From Balneolaceae bacterium UBA7797 (GTDB lineage Bacteria; Bacteroidota; Rhodothermia; Balneolales; Balneolaceae): a stretch of 32,000 nucleotides of DNA. This document shows positions 17,428-28,800 of the stretch, one piece after another. The translations under genes were made by a program, and so were the position numbers. Each line of letters begins with the position of its first letter. The first letter of the stretch is position 1. The stretch lies in NCBI GenBank assembly GCA_002480645.1, contig DLCN01000003.1:276355-308354 (forward strand), written 5' to 3'. Below the pieces are notes generated by a model. That model was not told the origin of the DNA, made no database searches, and worked only from the letters and a program-made list of their open reading frames with translations.

Positions 17428-17820
17428 TTACCAGGAGAAAGCGTTGAAGTAAAGAGGGGTCAGATCTATTTCCCGACCCTGTAATTGTAATGACCGTGGT
17501 AAGACCTCGGTTCTGGTCTGGCCATTTACCGTCATGAAATAATTGTAGGTAAGCGACTTATTTCGGTACCGACTTGAAAAATTTACTGTGATGGAATAGA
17601 CACTGTCAATTGGCTCATCGTCTACCATTACTAAACCTCTGGGATTATTAAGAGGGTAGAAGTCTCCTTTGATCTCCAGCACGTCTCCGCGTGATGGTAC
17701 AAAGACACTATCTTCCAGCTCAGATCTCATATCAACATTGAAGGTTATCTTTGACTGTGCGAAGGCAGAGCCTGAGATCAACAACGAGAATAGTAGCAAA
17801 AGTAATGCTCTGAATTTCAT
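17428..17820 (-). CDS. Small secreted beta-strand-rich protein, CBM-like start
   Basis: 130 aa. Signal peptide MKFRALLLLLFSLLISGSAFAQ, then ITFNVDMRSELEDSVFVPSRGDVLEIKGDFYPLNN, resembling 'VTFxVDMS...V.V.G.FN' modules in secreted Bacteroidota proteins. Confidence 0.45.
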   Translation of the reverse strand: MKFRALLLLLFSLLISGSAFAQSKITFNVDMRSELEDSVFVPSRGDVLEIKGDFYPLNNPRGLVMVDDEPIDSVYSITVNFSSRYRNKSLTYNYFMTVNGQTRTEVLPRSLQLQGREIDLTPLYFNAFSW

Positions 17821-17835
17821 GAAGATATTTTGTGA

Positions 17836-19368
17836 TTATTGCCCGGTAGTGGTTGTTGTTCCATCACTATCGTCCTTTTCCGTGGTGGTAGTAGCCGGAA
17901 CTTCTTTAACTTTATCTTTCCAATACACTACAGAGAATACGCTCTCACGAGGAAAAGCAGGGGGAATGTACCCTTTTAGACGGGCATCGTATTGATAGTT
18001 TTTTGAATACCCGGAAACCGCCTGATTGGTATTAGCATTAAAAGTACCAACCGGACCACGATTCTTTTGAACAATTCCACCAAATAGATTTATGGTGCCT
18101 TTTAGCCCCCCGGAACTGTTATTATAATTTTCAACATAGAAAGATGAATTCAGTGCCATGATGGAAGCCTGAATATCAATATCCTGCGTACCACTATCTC
18201 TGTGTGCATTCTGGTCAACAACAACATCACTTTCGCTTACAAGCCCCAAAATATCTGTAGTTACGCTATCCACTCTCGGATCGGTATAATAGGTGATGTC
18301 GCCAATGATATCGATGTCATCTTCGGCGTGTACAGTGATCTCACCTTTAACAATTCCTTTTACCTCAGCTTTACCGGAGGTAGAGATGATACCGTTAAAC
18401 TCGTTCATGGTATAGGATTCAGTTTCTTCAGATTCCACATTGTAGGTCCAGCAACCGAACCAACCGCAACGTACTTCCTGGGTTACGGTAGTAGTGATGA
18501 TGTCAACATATCCGAGCTCATCATCAGCGCTGAACATTACTTTAATGTCGTTATCGAAACGAAGCCCGCCATCGTCGGCAGCAGTAACGAGTTTTTCTAA
18601 TTCATAATTAGTCGGAGCTTCTTTTTCCGGTGCATTAAAGTTAGAACCTCCGTAGAAATTCGGGTTTGTCGGATTAGTTTCGTGAGCAACCCAATTATTC
18701 GGGCTGGTGATCAGACCATAAAACGTTGGGTCTCCGGACATTCTGAATGTTCCGTTTGTATGAATCGGACCGTAGATCTCATCCCCGCTAAAGAACCAGA
18801 TCTCCTGTCCATCAGCTCCCAGTTCAGATTGGGTCATGTATGCATACTTACTGAAAGAATCGCGCTGCATCAGAACCTCAGTTTTAACTTCCACATCCTG
18901 GAAAGTGGTGGCGCTTACGAAAAGGGCTTTGTACTGATCCCAGGTACCAACACTATTATCCGTTGGTATATTTTCACTGCTTTGTGTATATGTAGTTAAA
19001 AGGCCACTTACGGTTGTTCCAACCGTAGATACCACATTTGAATTATCATCAGCGGAATAATTGGCTGTTGATGTAATATTGCCAATAGTTCGGAGGGTTT
19101 TGTCGGTTAATGTACTTGTGAGGTTAGAAGTAATATCACTGACATTGGCTACCTCATTAATATCAATAGTACCCGTCCAGTCATTATCCTTTTTCATATG
19201 CTCGATAGCATTATCGATAAGACTCTTGGATAAATTTCTTGCCTGTTGTTCCTGATAATAACTGATCGTTTTTTCAGGGATGGTCTCCATACGTTTGGCA
19301 TTATTCACCTGTACAAGACCAGTGATAATTGTTAAGCCGCTAACTAGAAAAAGTAAACTTTTACCCAT
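17836..19368 (-). CDS. PilX-like / large prepilin-like protein, copy 2 of the module
   Basis: 510 aa. Single N-terminal hydrophobic helix followed by a long extracytoplasmic domain (SGKAEVKGIVKGEITVHAEDDIDIIGDITYYTDPRV). Same position in its module as 20526-21635. Confidence 0.55.
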   Translation of the reverse strand: MGKSLLFLVSGLTIITGLVQVNNAKRMETIPEKTISYYQEQQARNLSKSLIDNAIEHMKKDNDWTGTIDINEVANVSDITSNLTSTLTDKTLRTIGNITSTANYSADDNSNVVSTVGTTVSGLLTTYTQSSENIPTDNSVGTWDQYKALFVSATTFQDVEVKTEVLMQRDSFSKYAYMTQSELGADGQEIWFFSGDEIYGPIHTNGTFRMSGDPTFYGLITSPNNWVAHETNPTNPNFYGGSNFNAPEKEAPTNYELEKLVTAADDGGLRFDNDIKVMFSADDELGYVDIITTTVTQEVRCGWFGCWTYNVESEETESYTMNEFNGIISTSGKAEVKGIVKGEITVHAEDDIDIIGDITYYTDPRVDSVTTDILGLVSESDVVVDQNAHRDSGTQDIDIQASIMALNSSFYVENYNNSSGGLKGTINLFGGIVQKNRGPVGTFNANTNQAVSGYSKNYQYDARLKGYIPPAFPRESVFSVVYWKDKVKEVPATTTTEKDDSDGTTTTTGQ

Positions 19369-19377
19369 GACTACACC

Positions 19378-19962
19378 TCAGAAAGGTAAATTGATGTTAT
19401 TTGGAACAAATATCCTTTTCCAAACACTTTTAGGATATTCTTTCACTGAACTTGAAACGGAATAAGGTTCTCCGGTTTCTACAATAAGCTGAACCTCAAC
19501 CTGTCGAACAAATTCGGGATTGGATGTTTCGGTGCCATTTCCAGTGTAATACTTGAGCTGGAAAAAGGTCGCCGGAAATTTAATGGTACCGTATGAATTG
19601 GCACTGGTAGGCCCTACACGCTTCAGATAATAATCATTAGGATTAGAAGTGGTGGTAACCGGGTCGGAGGTATCGAGATACCATCTTACATTGGTTACCC
19701 CAAAATTATCGGTGTCGTGCGCATCAGATTGAAAGATGATATCGTCATCATCTATTCTTGAAAACGGATCAGAAGATCCGGTGTTAAAACCAATGCGATT
19801 AAAATCATTGGTCATAACCGTTACAATATCATTGATATTATTTTGATTGATGGAGTTTAGGGTAAGTTCCTGTGTGGTAAGTAATACCTGCTGGTTAAAA
19901 CTTAAAATGGAGATCAGGAAAATTCCACCTACTAAAAATGTTGTTACAATACCTACGTTCAT
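19378..19962 (-). CDS. Prepilin-like protein (PilW-like), copy 2 of the module
   Basis: 194 aa. Hydrophobic N-terminal helix; NPNDYYLKRV...FFQLKYYTG...VRQVEVQLIVET...WKRIFVPNNI shared with 21647-22261. Confidence 0.55.
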   Translation of the reverse strand: MNVGIVTTFLVGGIFLISILSFNQQVLLTTQELTLNSINQNNINDIVTVMTNDFNRIGFNTGSSDPFSRIDDDDIIFQSDAHDTDNFGVTNVRWYLDTSDPVTTTSNPNDYYLKRVGPTSANSYGTIKFPATFFQLKYYTGNGTETSNPEFVRQVEVQLIVETGEPYSVSSSVKEYPKSVWKRIFVPNNINLPF

Positions 19963-19971
19963 GCTTTCACC

Positions 19972-20391
19972 TTAGTAACTATATGATTTAACATAATTAA
20001 GGGTGATAAAGATATCGGGATCGAAAGTGGTGTTTACCACTGTTACCCCAACCTGATAGCGACGTATTGAACCGTCATCTTCGATCATTTCCGATTCTGC
20101 ATACAAGTAAAAATCATCGGAATACTGATCACTTGAGCCATAATTATAAGTGATCGTTTTCGGGTAATCACTGTAAATATAGCGTCCATCATCCGGGTCG
20201 AGCTCTTCTTCAGCATAGATCCACTGAACCTTGTCCAATTCATCCTGTGCGATAGCAATAGCCCTGTATTCGGCTTCAGCTCTGTAAAGAGTCTGCCGGG
20301 ACTGGTTATAGCTCCGGGATGTATTTATGGCCAGCATGGAGAAGACCATCATGGCAGCCGTTAAAAAGATTATTTCAGCGTAGCTCGACAT
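19972..20391 (-). CDS. Prepilin-like protein (PilV-like), copy 2 of the module
   Basis: 139 aa. Hydrophobic N-terminal helix; YRAIAIAQDELDK resembles QVIAIAQDFIDE of 22267-22770. Confidence 0.5.
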   Translation of the reverse strand: MSSYAEIIFLTAAMMVFSMLAINTSRSYNQSRQTLYRAEAEYRAIAIAQDELDKVQWIYAEEELDPDDGRYIYSDYPKTITYNYGSSDQYSDDFYLYAESEMIEDDGSIRRYQVGVTVVNTTFDPDIFITLNYVKSYSY

Positions 20392-20525
20392 TTTCAGAGT
20401 TTATTATATTTGAAAATACTCAATGTTCGCCCCTTATGTAATTAGACTGTATTAATTAAAATAATCTAAAAAAGCTATTTAAGTCTGCTAAAATTACCAA
20501 TCAGCTCCTAAAATGAAAAGGGCGG

Positions 20526-21635
20526 CTATTCAAAGGTACTTACCAGATTATACCGGTTCTGTTTTAAGTGATTTGCAGATGCCGTTCTTGCATAATCAAT
20601 GGCTAAACAATCATATTGGATATGGATGTTTCCACTCAGGTCCACATCCAGTGTGTTATTATTGTCGTCAGTATTTCCGATCAGAACTGACCCGTTAAGA
20701 TCTGGAGTACCTTTACCATCGAAGTCGAACGCATTTTCGAATACGATCAAACCGTTGAATGTAAAGTTACCGGCTACAGAAAGCGCCCCTTCATACTCCA
20801 GTTCTCCGCCGGAACGGATAACCAAAATTCCATAACCATCAGAGATACCACCCGTTAACTTTGCATAAGATTCTACAAAAAATATACCCGGATCGTCCGC
20901 AGAACCAAATTCCCCCTTATAATTCCCGCTGATGTGCTGAACTCCGGGTTGACCGGCAAGTCGTGCAATTAATTCATCTACCGGCTTGTAGGAGATGTCC
21001 GGATCGATGGAAATCTTATCAACGCTACTTTCCAGGTCACCATACTTACCGAATGCACCGGTTGTTACTTCCGCATAGCTGGAAAGATCAGGAACCGTGA
21101 TCGCGGGAATATCGGGACAGGTGCCACTGGCATCGTTTCCACTAATGGATGAGCTGCCTCCCATGCTAAAAGTGAAATTATCAGAGGCAAAGCCTAATCC
21201 GCCTTTTGGTTCGGGAACGAAATTCAACGCTGATTTAATGTAAGTACTGATCACCGTATGACTGGTGGAAGAGCTTTTGTATGAGGCTGAGCCTTTGGTT
21301 CCTTGTCCTCCGTACCAGGAAGTACTGTAAATTCTTATGGTATCCGGATCTAATATGGTTGCGCCTGCTGCTATCACATCATAATAAAGTTCAGTGTACG
21401 CTCCGTCGATCTCGTTTTCCCAGGGATTATTCACACTCGGCGACCAGGACGGATCCTGATTGATCTTTTCCATTGCCAATTGAATGGCACTGTGAGCTGT
21501 ATTCTTTGACTGTATCTCTTTGGCGTATTCAGAGGTGAGGCGTTGTACACGTTCTCGTTGGCTGTACATGCCGAGCCGGATGATCCCCAGCACCATGATT
21601 GCGCCAACCGATAAAATTACCATTCCACGTCCCAT
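20526..21635 (-). CDS. PilX-like prepilin-like protein, copy 1 of the module
   Basis: 369 aa. MGRGMVILSVGAIMVLGIIRLGMYSQRERVQRLTSEYAKEIQSKNTAHSAIQLAMEKINQDPSW, then a beta-rich domain (ILVIRSGGELEYEGALSVAGNFTFNGLIVFENA). Confidence 0.6.
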   Translation of the reverse strand: MGRGMVILSVGAIMVLGIIRLGMYSQRERVQRLTSEYAKEIQSKNTAHSAIQLAMEKINQDPSWSPSVNNPWENEIDGAYTELYYDVIAAGATILDPDTIRIYSTSWYGGQGTKGSASYKSSSTSHTVISTYIKSALNFVPEPKGGLGFASDNFTFSMGGSSSISGNDASGTCPDIPAITVPDLSSYAEVTTGAFGKYGDLESSVDKISIDPDISYKPVDELIARLAGQPGVQHISGNYKGEFGSADDPGIFFVESYAKLTGGISDGYGILVIRSGGELEYEGALSVAGNFTFNGLIVFENAFDFDGKGTPDLNGSVLIGNTDDNNNTLDVDLSGNIHIQYDCLAIDYARTASANHLKQNRYNLVSTFE

Positions 21636-21646
21636 AGAACTACTCC

Positions 21647-22261
21647 TTAGTTATCCCGAAGGTTTACTGGTGAGAATCTTTTCGTCCATGAGGTGCTTAC
21701 GTATGAGTCGTTTGAAAAACTATTACGTTTTAAGCCCACAGAACTCTGTGTATTCATGATTATCTCGATCTGAGTGATAGAATCAATCGTGGATTTTGCA
21801 GTTTTTGCATAGATGGGAGTCGGGAGCGGGGTAGTGCTTCCTAGGGATGAATAATACCGGATCTCGAAATCAACAACACCAGTATTCATTTCAACGGTAC
21901 TGCCATTTACTGTTCTTTTAAGAACAAAATCGTTTGGGTTTGGTGTGGATGTGACGGAATCACTTGTAAACTCCCACCGGATCAATTCAAGGGATTCATC
22001 CGCACTGTTGTCTATATTGGCATAGAATTCAATAAAATCATCCCCCGCAGCTCTGATCAGGGTGTCCGGTAATGAATTCCGGTTATAACCGATCTTCGGA
22101 AAATCGTAGGTAAGAGTCTCGACAACTTCTGAGACTTTAGTTTTTTGGATTTCCTGAAGTGTTAATTCATTTCCGCTAAAGTTAGTGTTATAGCCAACTG
22201 TGGTAATGATCACGATCAGAAATCCTGCAATGATATAGCTGAGTATTAATCCAAAGTTCAT
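21647..22261 (-). CDS. Prepilin-like protein (PilW-like), copy 1 of the module
   Basis: 204 aa. Hydrophobic N-terminus MNFGLILSYIIAGFLIVIITTVGYN; paralogous blocks NPNDFVLKR, DFEIRYYSS, ITQIEIIMNT, WTKRFSPVNL. Confidence 0.55.
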   Translation of the reverse strand: MNFGLILSYIIAGFLIVIITTVGYNTNFSGNELTLQEIQKTKVSEVVETLTYDFPKIGYNRNSLPDTLIRAAGDDFIEFYANIDNSADESLELIRWEFTSDSVTSTPNPNDFVLKRTVNGSTVEMNTGVVDFEIRYYSSLGSTTPLPTPIYAKTAKSTIDSITQIEIIMNTQSSVGLKRNSFSNDSYVSTSWTKRFSPVNLRDN

Positions 22262-22266
22262 AGTGA

Positions 22267-22770
22267 TCAGTCAGCGTAAAAGCTTCGAAGAAACTTAAAA
22301 TGATAGTTGTTTGCAGAGCCGTTATTCTCCAGTATGTCGGAAGAAATAGTGATCTCCATTATTTTAAGTGTCGAAAAGCTATTAATCACATTCGATCCGT
22401 CATAATAATCAACAGAGATCGACACTTCGTAATCAACACCACCTGAAGTAGTGATTGTTTGGGTCCAGCCATCATAGTCATCAAAATCATCGAAATTTGC
22501 GCGGGTAGCTTCTCCGGCTTCAGGGCCCAGATTTGCGGTAAATCCTGAAGGTATATTAACCGGAACTCCACCATCGGTGGTTTCTTCATCAAAGGTAGTG
22601 GAACGGGATTCATCTATAAAATCCTGAGCAATGGCAATGACCTGATCCTCCAGTTCTCCCTCGACCATACTTTGGGTGTTGGTGATAATAGCCCGGTTCG
22701 AGTTCATAACAAGAAATGAAACCAGAATTAATGCTAAGATTGTTTGAAGTATTTCAGTGTATCCACTCAT
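22267..22770 (-). CDS. Prepilin-like protein (PilV-like), copy 1 of the module
   Basis: 167 aa. MSGYTEILQTILALILVSFLVMNSNR N-terminal helix; QVIAIAQDFIDES. Confidence 0.5.
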   Translation of the reverse strand: MSGYTEILQTILALILVSFLVMNSNRAIITNTQSMVEGELEDQVIAIAQDFIDESRSTTFDEETTDGGVPVNIPSGFTANLGPEAGEATRANFDDFDDYDGWTQTITTSGGVDYEVSISVDYYDGSNVINSFSTLKIMEITISSDILENNGSANNYHFKFLRSFYAD

Positions 22771-22810
22771 ACAGTATAATACGATGCCTCAAATGACTTG
22801 GATTGTTCTA

Positions 22811-22841
22811 TTATATTAAAAAATTTTAATATTAAGTCAAG
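22811..22841 (-). promoter_or_regulatory. Possible sigma70-like promoter (TTGACT-N19-TATAAT) upstream of the prepilin-like modules
   Basis: + strand ATTATA at 22811-22816 and AGTCAA at 22836-22841. AT-rich spacer contains an ATATTAAAA/TTTTAATAT palindrome. Confidence 0.3.
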
Positions 22842-22894
22842 TTAATTTATTGAAAGAGGCAGCGACAGAAGGGAATGTTACAAATCGATCTGAA

Positions 22895-25800
22895 TTATTT
22901 TATGAGAGTGAATCGTTTAACGATATTCTTTGAATCGGTAACCAATCGATAGAAATATACACCACTTGCCAGATTATCTGCCCGGAAGGTAACTTCATAT
23001 TTTCCGGGGTTTTTGATCTCATTTACCAGTGTTTTTACTTTCCTTCCCAGAATATCATAAACAATCAGAGATACATTGGTATTGGTATCTACTCCATAGG
23101 GTATGATAGTGGAAGGGTTGAACGGATTAGGGTAATTCTGATCGAGGTATACTTCGGTTGGTACATTCGATTCTATCTCTTCCGTACTGATCTTCAGGGT
23201 AAATCTGGTCGATTTGGAATCAGCTTTCTTCATAATAGAAGAACTTTTATACCGGGGATTAGCTGAGTATAATTTTGTTTTGGTTGTATGGAAGAAGGTA
23301 TAGGATAATTCTTCCATTACATTGATCTCGGTACCGGTATCATTATCAACGAGAGTGATCACCCAATCCGCAGGGATATTTCTCAACCCACTCCACTTAA
23401 TGGTCATTTCTCCGGAGTACGGATCTCCTCCTTCGTAGGCATTAAGCTGAATCGGGATAAAATACCGGCTATCAAAATCGAATGGCAAGTTGTTGATCGC
23501 TAATTCAGTACCGTCATCAAGGAGTGTGTAAAATTCAATATGCGAACTGGACAAGGGGAGAAGTCGGTACGCATCGTAGGTATCTTTGCCAGTAGCAGCC
23601 TCATCAGAGAACATGATATTGGTTCTTTTAGAACGACCGGCATCAGATTCGACCATTAATTGAAGGATAGGTATACCGGCGATCTTCTCTTTACTCTTTG
23701 TGGTATCCTGTGATTGAATGTCATCGGTGGATGCAGTTTTTCTCATAAAACTACCACCGGTGGTCTTGGCCTCTTTCTTAACTTTAAGTACCGGGCTATT
23801 GCCATTTGCTTTTACCCAGAAGCCCTGGAATGGAGCGATCAAACCACCGCCCGGATGTGTTCCCGTAACTCCGTTCCATGTCAGATATTCGCCACTGCCA
23901 CCGTTAGCTGATGGATCCCAGATATAAATAGTTGATTCAACATTGGTCTTCGTCCAGTTCGGTGAATCGTCCCAATCGATGGTTGCCAGATATGGGTTCC
24001 CAACCAGGTTCCAGCCGGAATCGGCCGAAGTGGTGTATGTGATACCAAAATCAACTTCAGCACCATCTCCTCTGAAAGCACGTCCTTCAACATCTAAGGT
24101 ATCCGGAAGCGGGTCGTTGTAAAGTGGGTCGGCAGGAATATCACCAAACAGATAAACGAACATACCCTGACCTTCAGTAACTTTTTGGGAAGTACTGGTT
24201 GGAGTACGGTACCGCTGATTATCTGTTCCGGCATAACTTTCTACATAGGTCAACACATTTGGTTGGAGAGTGTCTCCCGGGTTTGAACCTGTGCTGTAAA
24301 AAGCTCCGGAATAACCCTGAGTTATGATTCCATCGAGAAAATCTCCATACGTGGTATCCAGCGGGGAAGATATGATGCGCCATCCGCGGGATCCCTGGAA
24401 TCTGCGTTGCATTCGCACCGTTCCGGTACCATATAACTCATAATTGCTTACTAAGTTTGTTCCGCTTGGCATGAACAGGGTGCCCGAGGTAAGCTTCAAG
24501 GTGTCGTTAACGATCAGATTACTGAAGAAATCAGCACCGTTAGAATTATCGAGTTCAAGGTTGGAGTACTCGTTCGGACTTGTAACATCCTGATTGGTGG
24601 TTCCATTCAGGATCACAAAACCGAGTGTCACATCAGAAACATCAAAATTACCACCTATCGACAGAGAATCTGTATTACTGCCGGTTATTGAACCACCGCC
24701 GGAAGCTTTATCAGTTACTACAAAATGAATTCCTCCTGAAACAGTAACGGAAGCACCGGATTCAATTGATATCAGCTCGATGGTTGTATTTGTTGAGCTG
24801 ATCACCGGTTGTTCATTACCAACAGATGGATTTGCCGGAATAAGGATCTTATCGCCGGATACAGGGACACTATTTGTTGACCAGTTGGAATTATCATCCC
24901 AGTTTCTGGCATCGGTAACGGTACCAACCTGAGATTGCCATACATTATCAAATTCAGCGAATTCTACGGTTGCCTCGTCGTTTATGGCGCCCCCGTTCAG
25001 CGTTCCGGAAATAGTAGCAATTCCTGCAGCGATCGATGAGGTTAAAGTGGCAGAGTAAGTACCATCACCATTATTTGTTACTGATCCGAGTGTGCCATCC
25101 GTAGTTGATAGTGCAATGGTCGACGGGCTGGTTGTTAAATTGTTCTCGTAATGATCTTTAAGCTGTACGGTAATGGTTGAAGTTGAGAAACCATCGTTTT
25201 GAATGATCGTGGGATTCGCAGTGATAGTTGTTGTTGAAGCATCAGCTGACCCCGGACTTACAACAAAGGTATTACTTGTACCGGTTTCAGATCCTGAGGA
25301 ATTCGTTGCCGTGATAGTACAGGTTCCCGTACTGGTGATCATCATCGATTTTGGAGTGAGCACGCCACTCGTAAATGCTGCTGAGGTTCCCTGGCCAACA
25401 CCAATATCACAGTTTGAAGTAACCACAACGGTCCCTGTAAAGCTGGTTACGGTATCCTGAAGCCCATCTGCTGCAATTATACTGATGTTAAATGTCTGTC
25501 CGGCTAATTTATCAGAGATATTACCGGAAGGTACCCGCTGAATAATAAACTGTGTAAGCTCGCCGGCAGTAACTACATCAAACTCTGTACTTGTTGTATC
25601 TGTAAGACCGGAACTCGAAGCTGTAAGTGTATAAGTACCGATTGCATCCACGTTGATGTCGTCGAATTCGGCAATACCGAACAGATTCGTTTGTTCAGTT
25701 GTGGTTCCTGCTAAACTGCCTGATCCGCTTACCTGATTGAGAGCCAGACTGATATCGACCCTGCTTTCCTCTACTGCGTTTCCATATTGATCGATCAGCT

Positions 25801-28800
25801 GAACTCGTACATTCGGAGTAATTGTACTGCTCTCATTAGATGTGGATGGTTGCTGATCAAATTCCATGGATACCTGAGTACCCGGAACCATGGTCAACGT
25901 ACCATAATTGGTGGCACCACCCAGACCGGTAGTTCCCAGGTTTACGATATTACCGCTGTTTGGCAGAATACCCGTGGTAGGGCGTACCCTGAAATCAGCA
26001 AAAGTAATTTCTGCAGGATTTGTAGTCGATTCTCCCGAAATCGTAAAGGTGATCTGAGAACTGGAACGGCTGGTAAGTGAAATAGTCAGATCGGTGCTGC
26101 CCCCAAAAGCAGAAGCCACCGTAGCCGATGGGGCTGACCCGCCGGTATCCCATTCAAATCCTGAAGGAGCTTTAAATATAAATGTACCACCGGTGCCGAA
26201 TTCACCGATGAAGCTTTCCTGAACCCTTGGTCCCGTAAGCGTGGTATAAGTTACATTGGCATCATCTGCTGAAATTGCTTCACCACCGGTTGCAGGCGTG
26301 AGTGTACGAATGGAAATGCCATATTTGGTAGAAAGGTAATCCTCGATCTCCATTTGTTCATCAAGATCAATATCTCTGCCATAAAGTACCATCTCAGAGA
26401 TCAATCCATCCCAACTGGTATTATTATCTTGTGTTCCCTGCCCGATTATAGCGGTTGAAACCTGAGTTAATACCCCGGTTGGGATATTTTGAGAGAAAGT
26501 CGGATTACTTAATACACCATCAATGTACATCTCGTAATTCTCCTCCGAGGTCCAACGAAGCATCACGATCTGACCGACAGTGGTTTGTGCACTTTCAAAA
26601 CTCTCGAGCGAAAAGGCCGGATTTGTACCCAGATCACGCATACCAACGGTTATTACATCATCAGAACCACCATTGTCTCCGGTATCGTCATATCTGATGC
26701 TGAAGTATTGATCGATCCCGGAGGCGTCAGGGGTATAGGTTGTCCAGAAACCCCGATCTGTATTGATAACATCCGATTCTATCACAAAGAAAATAGTAAG
26801 CTCATCCAACCCGCTCAGGTATTGAGTTTCTGCATCCGAATCTTCCAGTCGTACATTTGAACCTCCGCCCGGAAATTCAATACCATTCTGATCGTTAATG
26901 GAAGACTGTGCCGTTTGCAGGATAGGAGGAGTAGCTCCGGAAGTGATGAAATGATTTGCATTTCCACTTTGATCTTCCCAGCGACCTACATCATCACCGT
27001 TTCCACTGGCGGTGGTTCCACCGGTTGTTGTGTACGTTCCGGCATCAGCTTTTAACCAGACCAGCAGATCGCTTACCGATTTCGGGATACTGAAAGAAAT
27101 GTTTCTCGTCTCAGTGTTACTGTCATCTGTTCCATCATTAACCGTGATACTTACAACACGGGGTTGATCGGTTGGGGTGGTGATCGTATTCCGATACATC
27201 ACTGTTTGTAAGGCGGATTGAAAATCTGATTTAGAAGCTGGCCCTGTCAGAGTTAAAGTACCTGTTCCATCATTCCAGCTACCTGTGATCCCAAAGATGG
27301 TTGTAAACACCAGAGTATCTTCGGCACTGTCATAATTGGTGGTAATCTGAAAGGTAGCCGTCTCAATATTTGTATCATCCGGATCGGTTAAAGTGATTGT
27401 TTCAGTAACTGTGGAAGAATCACCGGATTGATAGAAAATGGTCTCCGTTTCAATATCATCCAATATAGGCGCAGTATTTACGCTGGCTACAGAAATGTCT
27501 CTGGTAATACCCGTTGCACTGCTATCAGTTCCATCATAGATACGGTACTCAATAGTTCTGTCGAGCGAGGTAACCGGATCAGAACTGGTATTTTCGTAAG
27601 TAACAGAACGAAGTGCAGATTGATAATTGGCAACCGTACTGGTTCCTGTTAATGTGAGGATCCCGGTCATGGCATCAAATGAACTCGTGATACCGAAAGA
27701 ATCAGTGAAATCAAGTTCATCTTCTCCAAGAAAATAATTGTTTATAAAACTTACTGTGGCACCTTCCAGGTTGGAATCATCGGAGTCGGTTGCAACGATG
27801 GTAGCAGTGGTGGCAACAGCACCATCACCTTCAGTGTATGCAAGTGTTGTGCCTTCAATAGCAGAAAGGACCGGAGCCGAATTGCTACCCTGAATCTCTA
27901 TATCCCGGGTAATTGCCCCACTGGATCCATCCCAGTCATAAGCGGTAAAACTGATCTCACGGGTTGTTTCGGAAGGACTGGTAGCATCTGTATTCTGGTA
28001 AGTGACGGTACGAACTGCTGTCTGATAATTTGAGAGGGTGGTAGTACCACTGAGTGTTAATATTCCGGTGGTTCCATTCCACGAACCGGTTATGCCCAGC
28101 ATATCTACAAAAGCCAGGACATCTTCGGTGGCATCAAAACCGCTTGTGATGCTTACACGGATTGAGTCAAGATCCGTATCGTCAGCATCGGACACTGTAA
28201 TTGAAGAGGTGATCGTTGTTGCAGCATCGCCTTCATTGTAGGTAAGTGCAGTGTCTTCTATATCAGCGAGAACAGGAGGTTCATTGAACCATTTTTCACT
28301 CAGATATCCGTATATATTGGTGAAGTCGGAAGAAGAAAAAGCTGCATTCCAGGAAGCAAATTCAGCAACATATCCATCGAAGTTATTCGTTCCGGCAGGG
28401 TTACCTCCCAGTGTAACGGGATCCACGGTTCCGTTCTCTTCACCAATCATGGCTCCACCGGCATGTGCCTGCTGGACATCAGCGCTGGCCAAAGTGGTAA
28501 CGGTGCCTCCATTTATATTTGCTTCCCAAACTCTTGAAGCTAGTGTTCCGGAGGTGGCATCATGACTTGCTAAAATAATATAAGACGAATTAGGTACAAC
28601 AGTTCCCAGGTCAATGGATTTATACTGATTACCTGATCCCCATTCCGCATTATTCCATACAAATGCATATGCATTTCCATCTTTAATACTGATCTGATAC
28701 CCACGGGTACCACCCCCTTGCTCATATACCATTTGCAATCCGCTTACGCTGGTTCCGGTTCTGAACATGATCGCAAATGATTTTTCCGTATAGCTGGCTG

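Noticed and set aside
17836-22770. Mobile element or phage origin for the prepilin-like duplication
   Set aside because: No transposase, integrase, terminal repeats or tRNA scar seen near the boundaries.
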